This document shows, in pieces, positions 10,446-20,498 of a DNA stretch of 64,000 nt. Origin of the DNA: an uncultured Acidobacteriota bacterium (GTDB taxonomy: Bacteria > Acidobacteriota > JAQAZP01); the NCBI GenBank assembly GCA_963836075.1, contig CAWIIB010000009.1, forward strand, positions 1 to 64,000, in the 5' to 3' direction. The notes beneath the pieces are model-generated. The model did not search any database and had not been told where the DNA came from. It saw only the letters and a list, made by a program, of their open reading frames with translations. Within the stretch, counting starts at the first letter, position 1, and the number at the start of each line of letters is the position of its first letter. A program made the translations under genes and the position numbers.

Positions 10446-10943
10446 TTACTCCACTTCGGCGAAGATCTCGGCCAGCATGGCATCCATGGCCTCGGGATCT
10501 TCCGCCAGCCCGTCCACCCGCGCCTCGTCCTCGGCCCCGAAGTCGGTGATCACCTTGAAGCTGCGGACGAAGTCGTCGATATAGACGAGGGTCTTGGTCT
10601 GCGCCTCGAAGGGGCCCGGGGTTGCGCCGCCACCATCCTGGGTCTGTTCCACGATGCGGTTGTAGGCGACGATCAGGCGGTAGACGTCGCGGCGGCGCTC
10701 GCCAAACCAGGGGACGGCCAGCAGGCGGTCCACCGTGTCCTTGGCCTCGGCCCGGCCGTTCTGGGCGAAGGAGTCGATCATCCGGAAATAGACCGACTGC
10801 AGCCGCTGGAGGTCGTGGAAGCGGCGGCTGCGGTAGAGGGCCAGCAGGAGGTAGAAGACGTCGGAGAGAAAACGCACGGCGTCACTGTTCTCACGGACCC
10901 AGGGTATCCGGAACGCCTGGCGCCAGACAGAATAGGGAACCAT
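10446..10943 (-). CDS. hypothetical helical protein, 165 aa
   Basis: RBS AGGAGGAGG, GC-rich third codon positions, no family recognised. Confidence 0.75.
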   Translation of the reverse strand: MVPYSVWRQAFRIPWVRENSDAVRFLSDVFYLLLALYRSRRFHDLQRLQSVYFRMIDSFAQNGRAEAKDTVDRLLAVPWFGERRRDVYRLIVAYNRIVEQTQDGGGATPGPFEAQTKTLVYIDDFVRSFKVITDFGAEDEARVDGLAEDPEAMDAMLAEIFAEVE

Positions 10944-10955
10944 CGAGTCCTCCTC

Positions 10956-11159
10956 CTAGAACGAGTGTATCGATCCGCAGTCGGGGCATTCCCAGGTCAG
11001 GTTGTTGCAGGTCAGCCCCCAGGAGTTCTCATCCATGCAGGTCTGGCAGATCGAAAACCCGCAATCAATGCAGTGCCAGCAGAACACCTCCGCGGTGCCG
11101 CACACCGAACAGGTCCGTCCCCGTTTCCGTCTGCGTCGTTTCCGCTGGTCTTCGGCCAT
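10956..11159 (-). CDS. small Cys-rich zinc-finger-like protein, 67 aa
   Basis: RKRRRRKRGR followed by CxxC, CxxCxxC, CxxC, C, WECPDC (10 Cys). Confidence 0.75.
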   Translation of the reverse strand: MAEDQRKRRRRKRGRTCSVCGTAEVFCWHCIDCGFSICQTCMDENSWGLTCNNLTWECPDCGSIHSF

Positions 11160-11234
11160 CTTTGATTTCAGACGTACAGCTGTACCAATGATACAGGAAA
11201 AGGCTGAAGAATCGAACCACCGTCAGGCCGGTGT

Positions 11235-14200
11235 TCAATATTCCTCCCAACTCTTGATCAGCAGGCCCTTGCGGTCCTTGACCTGCAGGGCCTCCACCAG
11301 CCGTTTGGCCAGCTGGAGGTTGGTCACCAGCGGCACCCCGAAGTCCACCGCCTGGCGGCGCACCAGGTAATCGTTGGTGACCTCCTCTTCCTGGAAGTTT
11401 TTGGGGATGTTGATCACCAGGTCCACCTTGCCGGCGGCGATGTGGCTCATCACGTTGGGCTCCCCGTCCTCCAGGGGCCAGTGGAGGATGCTGGTCTCCA
11501 GTCCGTTGCGGGCGAGAAACTCACCGGTCCCCCGGGTGGCGTAAAAACGGATGCCCATCTTGTCCAGCATTCTGGCGTACTCGAGAAAATCGGCCTTGCT
11601 CTCGATGGGGCCGGTGGAGAGCAGCACCGAACCGATGCTCAGCGGGTAGCCCACCGAGTGCATCGCCTTGAGGAAGGCCTCGGCAAAATCGTCGCCGAGA
11701 CAGCCCACCTCCCCGGTGGAGGCCATCTCCACCCCCAGCACCGGGTCGGCGCCGTGGAGCCGGGTGAAGGAGAACTGCGGCGCCTTGACGCCGACGTAGT
11801 CCAGCTCGAAAAAGGAGCGCCGGCGCCACTCCACCTTCTCCCCCATCACCGCCTTGGTGGCCGCCTCGATGAAGTTTTCCTTGCAGACCTTGGAGACGAA
11901 GGGGAAGCTGCGCGAGGCGCGCAGGTTGCACTCGATGACCTTGACCGCGTTCTCCCGGGCGATGAACTGGATGTTGAACGGGCCGCTGATCTCCAGCGCC
12001 CGGGCGATCTTCCTGGTGATCCGCTTGATCCGCCGGGTGGTCTCCAGATAGGTCCGCTGGGGCGGCAGGACCAGGGTGGCATCGCCGGAGTGGACCCCGG
12101 CGTTCTCCACGTGCTCGGAGATGGCGTAGATCTCCACCTCGCCGCCGGCGGCCACGGCGTCCATCTCGATCTCCTTGGCCCCCAGGATGAACTTGCTGAC
12201 CACCACCGGGTGCTCCGGGGAGATGTCCTCGGCCCGGGCCATAAAGCGGGCCAGCTGCTCGCCGTTCACCGCCACGCCCATGGCCGAGCCGCTGAGCACG
12301 TAGGAGGGGCGGACCAGCACCGGGTAGCCCACCCGCTCGGCAAAGGCGGTGGCCTCCTCGATGGACGCCGCCTCGGTCCACTCCGGCTGGTCGATGCCCA
12401 GGCTGTCCAGCAGGCTGGAGAACTTGTGGCGGTCCTCGGCGCGGTCGATGCTCGCCGATGACGTGCCGAGGATCGGCAGGCCGGCCGCGGCCAGCTGCGG
12501 GGCGAGGTTGTTGGGCACCTGGCCGCCCATGGAGACCACCACCCCCTTGGGCCGCTCCTTGCCGCAGATCTCCAGCACCGTCTCCAGGTTCAGCTCGTCG
12601 AAGTAGAGCCGGTCGCACTCGTCGTAGTCGGTGCTCACCGTCTCCGGGTTGTAGTTGACCATCAGCGTCCGGTAGCCCAGTTTCTTCAGCGTGCGCACCG
12701 CGTTGACGCAGCACCAGTCGAACTCCACCGAGCTGCCGATGCGGTAGGCCCCCGACCCGAGCACCAGCACCGACTCCCCGGGCTCGTCGAAGGTCACGTC
12801 GTCCTCGCTCCCCTGGTAGGTCAGGTAGAGGTAGTTGGTGGCCGCCGGGATACTCGGCGGCCAGGGTGTCGATCTGCTTGACGCAGGGCACGATGCCCCG
12901 GCTGCGCCGCATCCGGCGCACCGCGTCCTCGCTGCGCTCGATGAGCAGCCCGATCTGTTCATCGGCGAAACCGGCCTGCTTGGCCTGCAGCAGCAGTCCG
13001 CCGGGACATGTCCCCGCCGGCGAACTGCCGCAGGGTGGCGGCGATCTGGACCACCTCCTCGATCTTGTGCAGGAACCAGGGGTCGATGCGGGTCAGGTCG
13101 TGGATCTTCTCCAGCGGCCAGCCGGCTTCCATGGCCCGGGCCAGGGCAAAGATCCGCTCGTCGGTGGGGTGGCGCAGTTCCTCCTCCAGGTCGTCGAAAC
13201 GGATCTGCTGGTCGCCCACCAGCCCGCGGGCGCCGATCTCCAGCATGCGCAGCGCTTTCTGCAGCGCCTCCTGGAAGGTGCGGCCGATGGCCATCACCTC
13301 GCCCACCGACTTCATCCCGGTGCCGATGGTCTTTACCGCCCGGCGGAACTTGCGCAGGTCCCAGCGGGGGATCTTGACCACCACGTAGTCCAGGGCCGGC
13401 TCGAAGCAGGCCATGGTCACCTTGGTGACCGCGTTGCGGATCTCGGTGAGCGAAAAACCGAGGGCCAGCTTGGCGGCCACCGCGGCCAGCGGGTAGCCGG
13501 TGGCCTTGGAGGCCAGCGCCGAGCTGCGGGAGAGGCGGGCGTTGACCTCGATGACCCGGTAGTCGTCCGACTCGGGGTCGAGGGCATACTGGATGTTGCA
13601 CTCGCCGACGATGCCCAGGTGGCGGATCACCCGGAGCGCGATCTCGCGCAGCCGGTGATACTCCTCGTTGGACAGGGTCTGGCTCGGCGCCACCACGATC
13701 GACTCGCCGGTGTGGATGCCCAGCGGGTCGAGGTTCTCCATGTTGCAGACGGTGACGCAGTTGTCCTGGCCGTCCCGCACCACCTCGTATTCCACTTCCT
13801 TCCAGCCGTGGAGATACTCCTCGATCAGGATGTGGTCGGCCAGGGCCAGGGCCTTGGCCGCCAGGTCCCGCAGCACCTGGTCCCCGGAGCAGATGCCGGA
13901 GCCCAGGCCGCCGAGGGAGAAGCCGGAGCGGACCATCACCGGGTAGCCGATGTCGGCGGCGGTGGCCAGCGCCTCCTGCACCGTGCCCACCGCTTTGGAG
14001 CGGGGCACCTGCACGTCGATTCCAGCCAGGCTGTCGGCAAAGAGCTGGCGGTCCTCGGTGAGCCGGATCGCCTCCACCGGCGTGCCCAGCACCCGGACCC
14101 CGTGCTTCTCGAATACACCGTCAGCCTCCAGCTGGAGCCCGCAGTTGAGCGCGGTCTGCCCGCCAAAACCGAGGAGCACACCCTCGGGCTGCTCTCGTTC

Positions 14201-14437
14201 GATCACCCCCGCCACGAACTCCGTCTCCACCGGCAGGAAGTAGACCCGGTCGGCCAGGTGCTCGGAGGTCTGGATGGTGGCGATGTTGGGATTGACCAGG
14301 ATGACGTGGATCCCCTCTTCCTTCAGCGCCTTGATCGCCTGGCTGCCCGAGTAGTCGAACTCGCCCGCCTCGCCGATCTTCAGCGCTCCGGACCCGAGGA
14401 TCAGCACGCTCTTCGGCCTGTTCTGCGCCTGTTTCAT
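11235..14437 (-). CDS. carB: carbamoyl-phosphate synthase large subunit (frameshifts near 13003 and 12846)
   Basis: [59 protein letters not shown] domain; two extra C bases in TCCCGG contexts. Confidence 0.95.
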
Positions 14438-15522
14438 TGGCCGCCCCCCTTGCGGTCCAGCATGGAGACGAACTCGTCGAAGAGGAAGTCGGTGTCCAGC
14501 GGCCCGGGACGGGCCTCGGGGTGGAACTGCACGCTGCACAGCGGCTTGTCCCGGTGCCTGATCCCCTCGTTGGTGCCGTCGTTGGCGTTGAAGAACCAGG
14601 GTTCCCAGCCGTCGGGCAGGGTCCGGTCGTCCACGGCGTAGCCGTGGTTCTGGGAGGTGATGTGGCAGCGCCGGCTGCCCACCCGCATACAGGGCTGGTT
14701 CTGTCCCCGGTGACCGAATTTCAGCTTGTAGGTGTCGGCTCCGGCGGCGAGAGCCATGATCTGGTTTCCGAGGCAGATGCCAAACAACGGAGTGTTGCCG
14801 CCCTCGATCAGCCGCTTGACGTTTTCCACCGTGGGGCCGCACTGCTTGGGGTCGCCGGGGCCGTTGGAGATCACCACGCCATCCACCTTCTCCCCGCTGA
14901 GATCGTAGTCCCAGGGGACCCGCAAAATGCTGACCCCCCGCTGCAGCAGGCTGCGCATGATCCCGGCCTTGGCCCCGCAGTCGATCAGGCCCACCCGCGG
15001 CCCCCCGTTGCCGATGACCACCGGTTTGGTCACGCTGACCTGCGGCACCGGCGAGTCGTAGTCCGGTTCCGGCGGAGGGTTCTCCCGGTCGGAGAGGATC
15101 ACCTGCCCCCGCATCGTGCCCCGGTGGCGCAGCCGCTTGGTCAGCGCCCGGGTGTCCACGCCGGTGATACCCGGTATGCCCTCCCGTTCGAGCCAGCTGT
15201 GCAAGCTCTCGGCAGCCCGCCAGTGGGAGTAGTGGCGGGAGTAGTCAGCCACGATGAGGGCCCGGGCGTGGATCCGCTCCGACTCGAAGGGGCTGCGGGC
15301 CAGGACGGCCGGTCCGCCGTTCCGGGTCTGCGGGACGCCGTAATTGCCCACCAGCGGATAGGTCAGGACCAGGATCTGACGGGAGTAGGAGGGATCGGTG
15401 AGGCTCTCCGGGTACCCGACCATGCCGGTGTTGAAAACCACTTCACCCGCGGCGGGCACGCAGCCGCCAAAAAGTTCGCCGGCCCACTCGGACCCGTCTT
15501 CAAGGAGGAGTGTTGTTTTCAA
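14434..15522 (-). CDS. carA: carbamoyl-phosphate synthase small subunit
   Basis: [46 protein letters not shown]; TTG start after AAGGA; stop overlaps the carB start (ATGA). Confidence 0.95.
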   Translation of the reverse strand: MKTTLLLEDGSEWAGELFGGCVPAAGEVVFNTGMVGYPESLTDPSYSRQILVLTYPLVGNYGVPQTRNGGPAVLARSPFESERIHARALIVADYSRHYSHWRAAESLHSWLEREGIPGITGVDTRALTKRLRHRGTMRGQVILSDRENPPPEPDYDSPVPQVSVTKPVVIGNGGPRVGLIDCGAKAGIMRSLLQRGVSILRVPWDYDLSGEKVDGVVISNGPGDPKQCGPTVENVKRLIEGGNTPLFGICLGNQIMALAAGADTYKLKFGHRGQNQPCMRVGSRRCHITSQNHGYAVDDRTLPDGWEPWFFNANDGTNEGIRHRDKPLCSVQFHPEARPGPLDTDFLFDEFVSMLDRKGGGQ

Positions 15523-15639
15523 ACCGTTCCTTTCCCGGTGATGCCGGCCGGAGGGAACCCCGCAGCCGGGTCCTGAAGGCCGGACCTTGCCCATCGTGCC
15601 GCCTGCAACTCAAACCGGCCCTGTTCAGGGATTGCAGCG

Positions 15640-15669
15640 AAAATAGCAGAGGGGTGAACGGGCTGTCAA
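15640..15669 (-). promoter_or_regulatory. putative sigma70 promoter of carAB
   Basis: TTGACA-18 nt-TATTTT with extended -10 TG on the minus strand. Confidence 0.45.
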
Positions 15670-15988
15670 TCTGATCTCCCGTCTCATCCCCCAACTGTCC
15701 TCCAGGTTTACCGTGCCGTCGTGAACCGTCCACTATTGTATGCACCTCTGTAAACCACTGTTGTCCGGCCCCGGGCCACAGACTCGGATTCGTTCCCCGG
15801 GTCCCCCACCACGCCATGGCCGCGCAGAGGCGAAGAACAGTTTATATTATTTATAATCAATCAATTAACACGATTCCAGAGGTGACCTGTTTCCGGCTGC
15901 ACCCGTAGCGGGGCCACCGATAACGGCGCGCAAAACAGTGTCAGCCACCACAAAACATCCTGTACAGCGTCAAAAAAACGGACACATT

Positions 15989-16137
15989 TTGCCCATATTT
16001 GGGCGAGTTGCCGATATTTGGGCGTTTCAACCCGGGCCACATTTTGAACCAGACAACTAAATAATCTTCTTAAATCACGCAATCAAACGACTTGTGAATT
16101 ATTTTCAAAAACACATGAACGCTGGCATATAGTTTGC
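15989..16137 (+). promoter_or_regulatory. sigma54 promoter with upstream tandem palindromic activator sites
   Basis: TGGCATATAGTTTGC (GG-N10-GC) at 16123-16137; TTGCCCATATTTGGGCG and TTGCCGATATTTGGGCG at 15989 and 16008; AT-rich spacer. Confidence 0.7.
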
Positions 16138-16206
16138 GTATACATAGTGTCGTTCAACGACAAGTGATCGATGAAAACTGAATAGGTTCGTGGAGCATTC
16201 AACGCT

Positions 16207-16614
16207 GTGAGCAATTTTCAAGTGTCTGATGAACCGGAACTGGAAATCGCCGGGCAGCTTGAACGAGCTATTGAGCAACGCTGGCAGGAACTGTCGGCGC
16301 GCCGCTACTCCTCACTGCACCGGGCAGTGGCCGACCTCACCAGGGATGGCGAAAACATCCTGGAGACGGCTGGTCTGGAAGGGGTTCCACCCTTCCCCGG
16401 GTGCCTCAAACTGGGATGCGGCAATGGCAGCTCGAATTCTGAACTCCGCCTCTACCGATGCACGGCATTGACCAGGGAGAGCGGAAATCAGTCACTGGTC
16501 ATCCACCTCGAGGTCAAGCTGGCCCGGGTGGGCGGCGACCAGGAGCTGGCACTGGACAAAATGCTCGTCGGTTGCCCTGAACTTCGGGTGGTCTCCCACA
16601 GCAACGCTGTTTGA
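16207..16614 (+). CDS. hypothetical protein, 135 aa
   Basis: Open frame with coding-like codon usage downstream of the sigma54 promoter; GTG start uncertain. Confidence 0.6.
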   Translation: MSNFQVSDEPELEIAGQLERAIEQRWQELSARRYSSLHRAVADLTRDGENILETAGLEGVPPFPGCLKLGCGNGSSNSELRLYRCTALTRESGNQSLVIHLEVKLARVGGDQELALDKMLVGCPELRVVSHSNAV

Positions 16615-17020
16615 GACGACCCACCGAAGATGGACATAACCTCCTCCTTGTGAGGGGTTCTGCTAGCCAGATGCAATCCCAAAAAGAGGATTGCCGATTG
16701 AAAGGTTTTTTTGACCAGCCGTTAACGCGGCTTTTTAATAGATTTGCCGGCTCTTCGGAGCCGGCCTGCAATCATAAGATTTCCCCCCGGCAGGTCAACT
16801 CATGACCAGCCACTGTTCCTGACGAAGCTTATGCCCCGGTCGGGTCTGAATACCGACCGGGGCCCCACCGACCCTCTCCGAACCGTTCCCCCTTTGCTTC
16901 AGAAGTCCAACTGCACTACTATCCTTGCGCACACTCCGTCGACGACGCCTCCCTGCGCCCCGGCGCCCGACGGCCCGATGTGAACGGAACCATTCCCGGC
17001 GGAGATACGGTGGGCGATCG

Positions 17021-18151
17021 ATGAACCTGCTGCAGGTGGACACGGAAGTCAGGTGGGGCGGCGGTCAGCAACAGGTGGTCCACCTCTGCAAGGGCCTGGC
17101 CGGAAAAGGTCACGGCGTCACGCTGGTCTGCCATCGTGAGGGCCTCCTCCGCCAGCGGATCCACAGTCCCGACGTGCAGGTGCTCACGCTCCCCTCCTTT
17201 GGCGAGGTCGACCCCCGCGGAGTGTTCGGCCTGGCCCGGATCATCCGCAAGAACCGCTTCGACCTGATGCACATGCACTCCTCCCGGGCGCACACCATGG
17301 GGGTGGCCGCCGGCACGCTGACCGGGTTCCGGCCGCGGGTGGTCACCCGGCGCTCCAACCACTCTTCGAGACGGGACCCCTTCAACCGCTGGAAATACGG
17401 CCGGGGCATCGACAAGGTGGTGGCCATTTCCCGGGCCGTGCAGAAATCGCTGATCGATTCGGGGTTCAAAACCGAAGACGTGGACCTGGTGCCCAGCGGC
17501 ATCGTTCCCCCGGAGCGGGTGCCCGGGGCCAGGGAATCGGTGTTCAGGGAATTCGAACTGGCGCCGGAGACCCGGCTGGTGGCCTGTGTGGCCAACCTGG
17601 TTGAGATCAAGGGCCACCGTACACTGATCGAGGCGGTGCGCCTTCTGGGTCCGCGGTGGTCCGGCCTGCGCGTGCTGTTGGCCGGGGATGGCCCCATGCG
17701 CCGGGAACTGGAAGCCCGAAGCCGCGCGGCCGGTGTGGAGAAGCAGATCCTCTTTGCCGGCTTCCGCACCGACATCGACCGCCTGCTCTCCGCCAGCCAC
17801 CTGGCCGTCTGCCCCTCGCTCATCGAGGGGCTGGGCCTTTCGATCCTCGATGCCCTGTCCATGGAACTGCCGGTGGCCGCGTCGCGAACCGGCGGCATCC
17901 CCGAGATCGTCGAGCACGGGGAATCCGGCCTGCTGGTCCCCCCGGAAGAACCGGGTCCGCTGGCCGAAGCGATGGAGAAGCTGCTCACCGACCCCGCGGA
18001 GTCGGCCCGGCTGGGCCGCAACGGCCGGCAGACAGTGCTGGAGAAATTCAGTATGCAGGCAATGGTGGACGGGACCGAGGCGGTCTATCGCCGAACGCTG
18101 GTCGACACGGTTCCGGCACCGGGGGCGAGCGGCGCCCCGTCCGGGGACTGA
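17021..18151 (+). CDS. glycosyltransferase family 4
   Basis: WGGGQQQV, HMHSSRAH, KGH, PSLIEGLGLSILDA, GGIPEIV. Confidence 0.9.
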   Translation: MNLLQVDTEVRWGGGQQQVVHLCKGLAGKGHGVTLVCHREGLLRQRIHSPDVQVLTLPSFGEVDPRGVFGLARIIRKNRFDLMHMHSSRAHTMGVAAGTLTGFRPRVVTRRSNHSSRRDPFNRWKYGRGIDKVVAISRAVQKSLIDSGFKTEDVDLVPSGIVPPERVPGARESVFREFELAPETRLVACVANLVEIKGHRTLIEAVRLLGPRWSGLRVLLAGDGPMRRELEARSRAAGVEKQILFAGFRTDIDRLLSASHLAVCPSLIEGLGLSILDALSMELPVAASRTGGIPEIVEHGESGLLVPPEEPGPLAEAMEKLLTDPAESARLGRNGRQTVLEKFSMQAMVDGTEAVYRRTLVDTVPAPGASGAPSGD

Positions 18152-19452
18152 TCAGCGACACGTGCCGCCTCCTTCTTGATGTCGCTGACCAGGAAGATCG
18201 ATCCGGCCACCACCACCAACCCGTCGTCTCCGGCCAGCCGCCGGGCCAGCAGCAGGGCGCTGCCGGGGTCGGGCTCCAGGTGCAGTTCAGCGGCATGGTG
18301 CCCGCCGATCCGGGCCGCCTCGGCCGGCTCCATGGCCCGCTTGTAATCCGGCCGGGTGATCACCACCCGCCGGGCCAGGGGGAAGAGCAGCGAGGTCATT
18401 TCCTCCACATTCTTGTCCCCCATCACCCCGAAGAGCAGGGTCACCGGCCGGCGGATTTCGGCGGACAGGTAGCCGGCCAGCGACCGGGCGCCGTCCGGGT
18501 TGTGGGCGCAGTCGAAGAGCAGCGGCGGTGTCCCGGGCACCAGTTCCAGCCGCCCCGGCCAGCTGACCGCAGCCAGGCCCTCCCTGATCCGCTCCGCGGA
18601 AACAGGCAGCCCCTGTTCGGCCAGCGCCTCCAGGGCCAGCACCGCGGCCTCGGCGTTTTCCAGCTGGTGTTCGCCGTTCAGCGGCAGCTCCAGGCCCTGG
18701 TGGAGGGCCGCCGGAGTCTGCAGGTCGAAACGGTAGCCCCCGGCATCGCGGGGCCGCACACCGGACCGGCGGCAGAGTTCGGAAGCCACCCGGAGATCGG
18801 CGCCGCAGCGACCGGCGACCTCCCGGATCACCTCCAGGGCATCTCCGGGGACGCAGGAGGTGACCACCGGCCGCCGGGGCCGGATGATGCCGGCTTTCTC
18901 GAAGGCCACCTGGCGCAGGGTGGTGCCGAGAAAGTGCGTGTGGTCCAGCGCCACGCGGCTGATCACCGCCAGGTCCGGTTCGGTGGCATTGGTGGCGTCG
19001 AACCGCCCGCCCAGCCCCACCTCGAGGACCGCCGCATCCATGCCCCGCTCGGCAAAGTGGACCAGGGCCATGGCGGTGACCAGCTCGAAGTAGGTGGGAT
19101 GGCTCTCCAGGTCGCCGCGCTCCACCAGCTCGCGCACCAGCTCCCGCAGCCGGGTGGCGATCCGCGCCACCTCGTCCCGGGGGATCTGCCGCTGACCGGC
19201 CACGATCCGCTCCTCGAAATCGATGATGTGGGGCGAGGTGTAGCGGCCGGTGCGCAGCCCGGCGGCGCAGAGCACGGCGTGGATCATGGCCGCCACCGAC
19301 CCCTTGCCGTTGGTCCCGGCGACGAGGACGATGCGCATCCGGCGCTGGGGGAAGTCGAGCGCTTCCAGCAGGACCCGGATCCTGCGCAGCCCGAGCTTGA
19401 TCCCCACGTTGGAGAGGCCAAAAAGATAGTCGATGGTTTCGGCGTAGTTCAT
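18085..19452 (-). CDS. folC: folylpolyglutamate/dihydrofolate synthase
   Basis: VAGTNGKGS, YTSPH, EVGLGGRFDATN, WPGRLE, DCAHNPDG. Confidence 0.95.
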   Translation of the reverse strand: MNYAETIDYLFGLSNVGIKLGLRRIRVLLEALDFPQRRMRIVLVAGTNGKGSVAAMIHAVLCAAGLRTGRYTSPHIIDFEERIVAGQRQIPRDEVARIATRLRELVRELVERGDLESHPTYFELVTAMALVHFAERGMDAAVLEVGLGGRFDATNATEPDLAVISRVALDHTHFLGTTLRQVAFEKAGIIRPRRPVVTSCVPGDALEVIREVAGRCGADLRVASELCRRSGVRPRDAGGYRFDLQTPAALHQGLELPLNGEHQLENAEAAVLALEALAEQGLPVSAERIREGLAAVSWPGRLELVPGTPPLLFDCAHNPDGARSLAGYLSAEIRRPVTLLFGVMGDKNVEEMTSLLFPLARRVVITRPDYKRAMEPAEAARIGGHHAAELHLEPDPGSALLLARRLAGDDGLVVVAGSIFLVSDIKKEAARVADQSPDGAPLAPGAGTVSTSVRR

Positions 19453-19478
19453 GGAGGACCGGAGACGGCGTGCCCCGT

Positions 19479-20327
19479 TCAACTGTAATAGAGGTGGTCC
19501 AGGCAGCGGATCAGCGTGCCGCGCATGTTCTTGCGCTCCACGATCATGTCCAGCATGCCGTGCTCCAGGAGGAATTCCGAACGCTGGAACCCCTCGGGCA
19601 GGTCCTTGCGGATGGTCTGCTTGATCACCCGGGGGCCGGCAAACCCGATCAGGGCCTTGGGCTCGGCGATGTTGAGATCGCCCAGCATGGCAAAGCTGGC
19701 GGTGACCCCGCCGGTGGTGGGGTCGGCGAGGATGGAGATGTAGGGGATCGCCTCCCGGTGCAGCCGGGAGAGCGCCGCGCTGATCTTGGCCATCTGCATC
19801 AGCGAGAGGGCGCCCTCCTGCATCCTCGCGCCGCCGGAGCAGGAGATGACCACCAGGGGGACCCGCTCTTCGAGGGCCCTTTCCACGGCCCGGGTGATCT
19901 TCTCACCCACCACCGACCCCATGCTGCCGCCCATGAACTTGAATTCCATGGCGCAGATGATGATCGGCTTTTCGTCCATCGTCCCACTGGCGGCCACCAG
20001 GGCGTCAGGCATCTTGCACTTCTCGATGGAGGTCTTCAGCCGGTCCTTGTAGCGTTTGGAGTCCTTGAACTGCAGCGGATCGGTGGGGTGCACGCCGGTG
20101 GCGAACTCGGTGTACTCGCCGTTGTCGAAGAGCAGCTCCAGGCGGCTCTTGGCGCTGATGCGGAAGTGGTAGTTGCACTTGGGGCAGACATGGAGATTGC
20201 GGGCCAGTTCCTTGGAGTAGACGATCTCCTTGCAGTTGTTGCACCGGGTCCAGAGGCCCTCGGGAATTTTCTTCCGCGTGCCGGCCACCGCCCCCTTTGC
20301 CGCCTTGTTTTTTCTGAACCAGGCCAT
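19479..20327 (-). CDS. accD: acetyl-CoA carboxylase carboxyltransferase beta subunit
   Basis: GLWTRCNNC zinc finger, FMGGSMGSVVGEKI, SGGARMQEG, PTTGGVTASFA. Confidence 0.97.
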   Translation of the reverse strand: MAWFRKNKAAKGAVAGTRKKIPEGLWTRCNNCKEIVYSKELARNLHVCPKCNYHFRISAKSRLELLFDNGEYTEFATGVHPTDPLQFKDSKRYKDRLKTSIEKCKMPDALVAASGTMDEKPIIICAMEFKFMGGSMGSVVGEKITRAVERALEERVPLVVISCSGGARMQEGALSLMQMAKISAALSRLHREAIPYISILADPTTGGVTASFAMLGDLNIAEPKALIGFAGPRVIKQTIRKDLPEGFQRSEFLLEHGMLDMIVERKNMRGTLIRCLDHLYYS

Positions 20328-20498
20328 CGATCTGTTCGCTCCTGCCGCTTGAGACGGAAAGACGGAAAAAGGAGGTTATGTTATCTGCGGACTTGGGGTC
20401 TAGTCAAGTGCCGCCACACCGCCCCGGAGAGGGATGAATCCGGCTTGTCCATGCCCGGCGAGCTGGGATACTATCTTCCGCTGCCACTGGAGGAGGCG

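Noticed and set aside
15523-15635. PyrR-type attenuator upstream of carA
   Set aside because: Some hairpins are present, but no recognisable PyrR-binding loop or U-tailed terminator
19470-20498. Apparent 728-aa N-terminally extended MtnA
   Set aside because: The extension is the antisense of accD; a strong RBS supports the start at 20499
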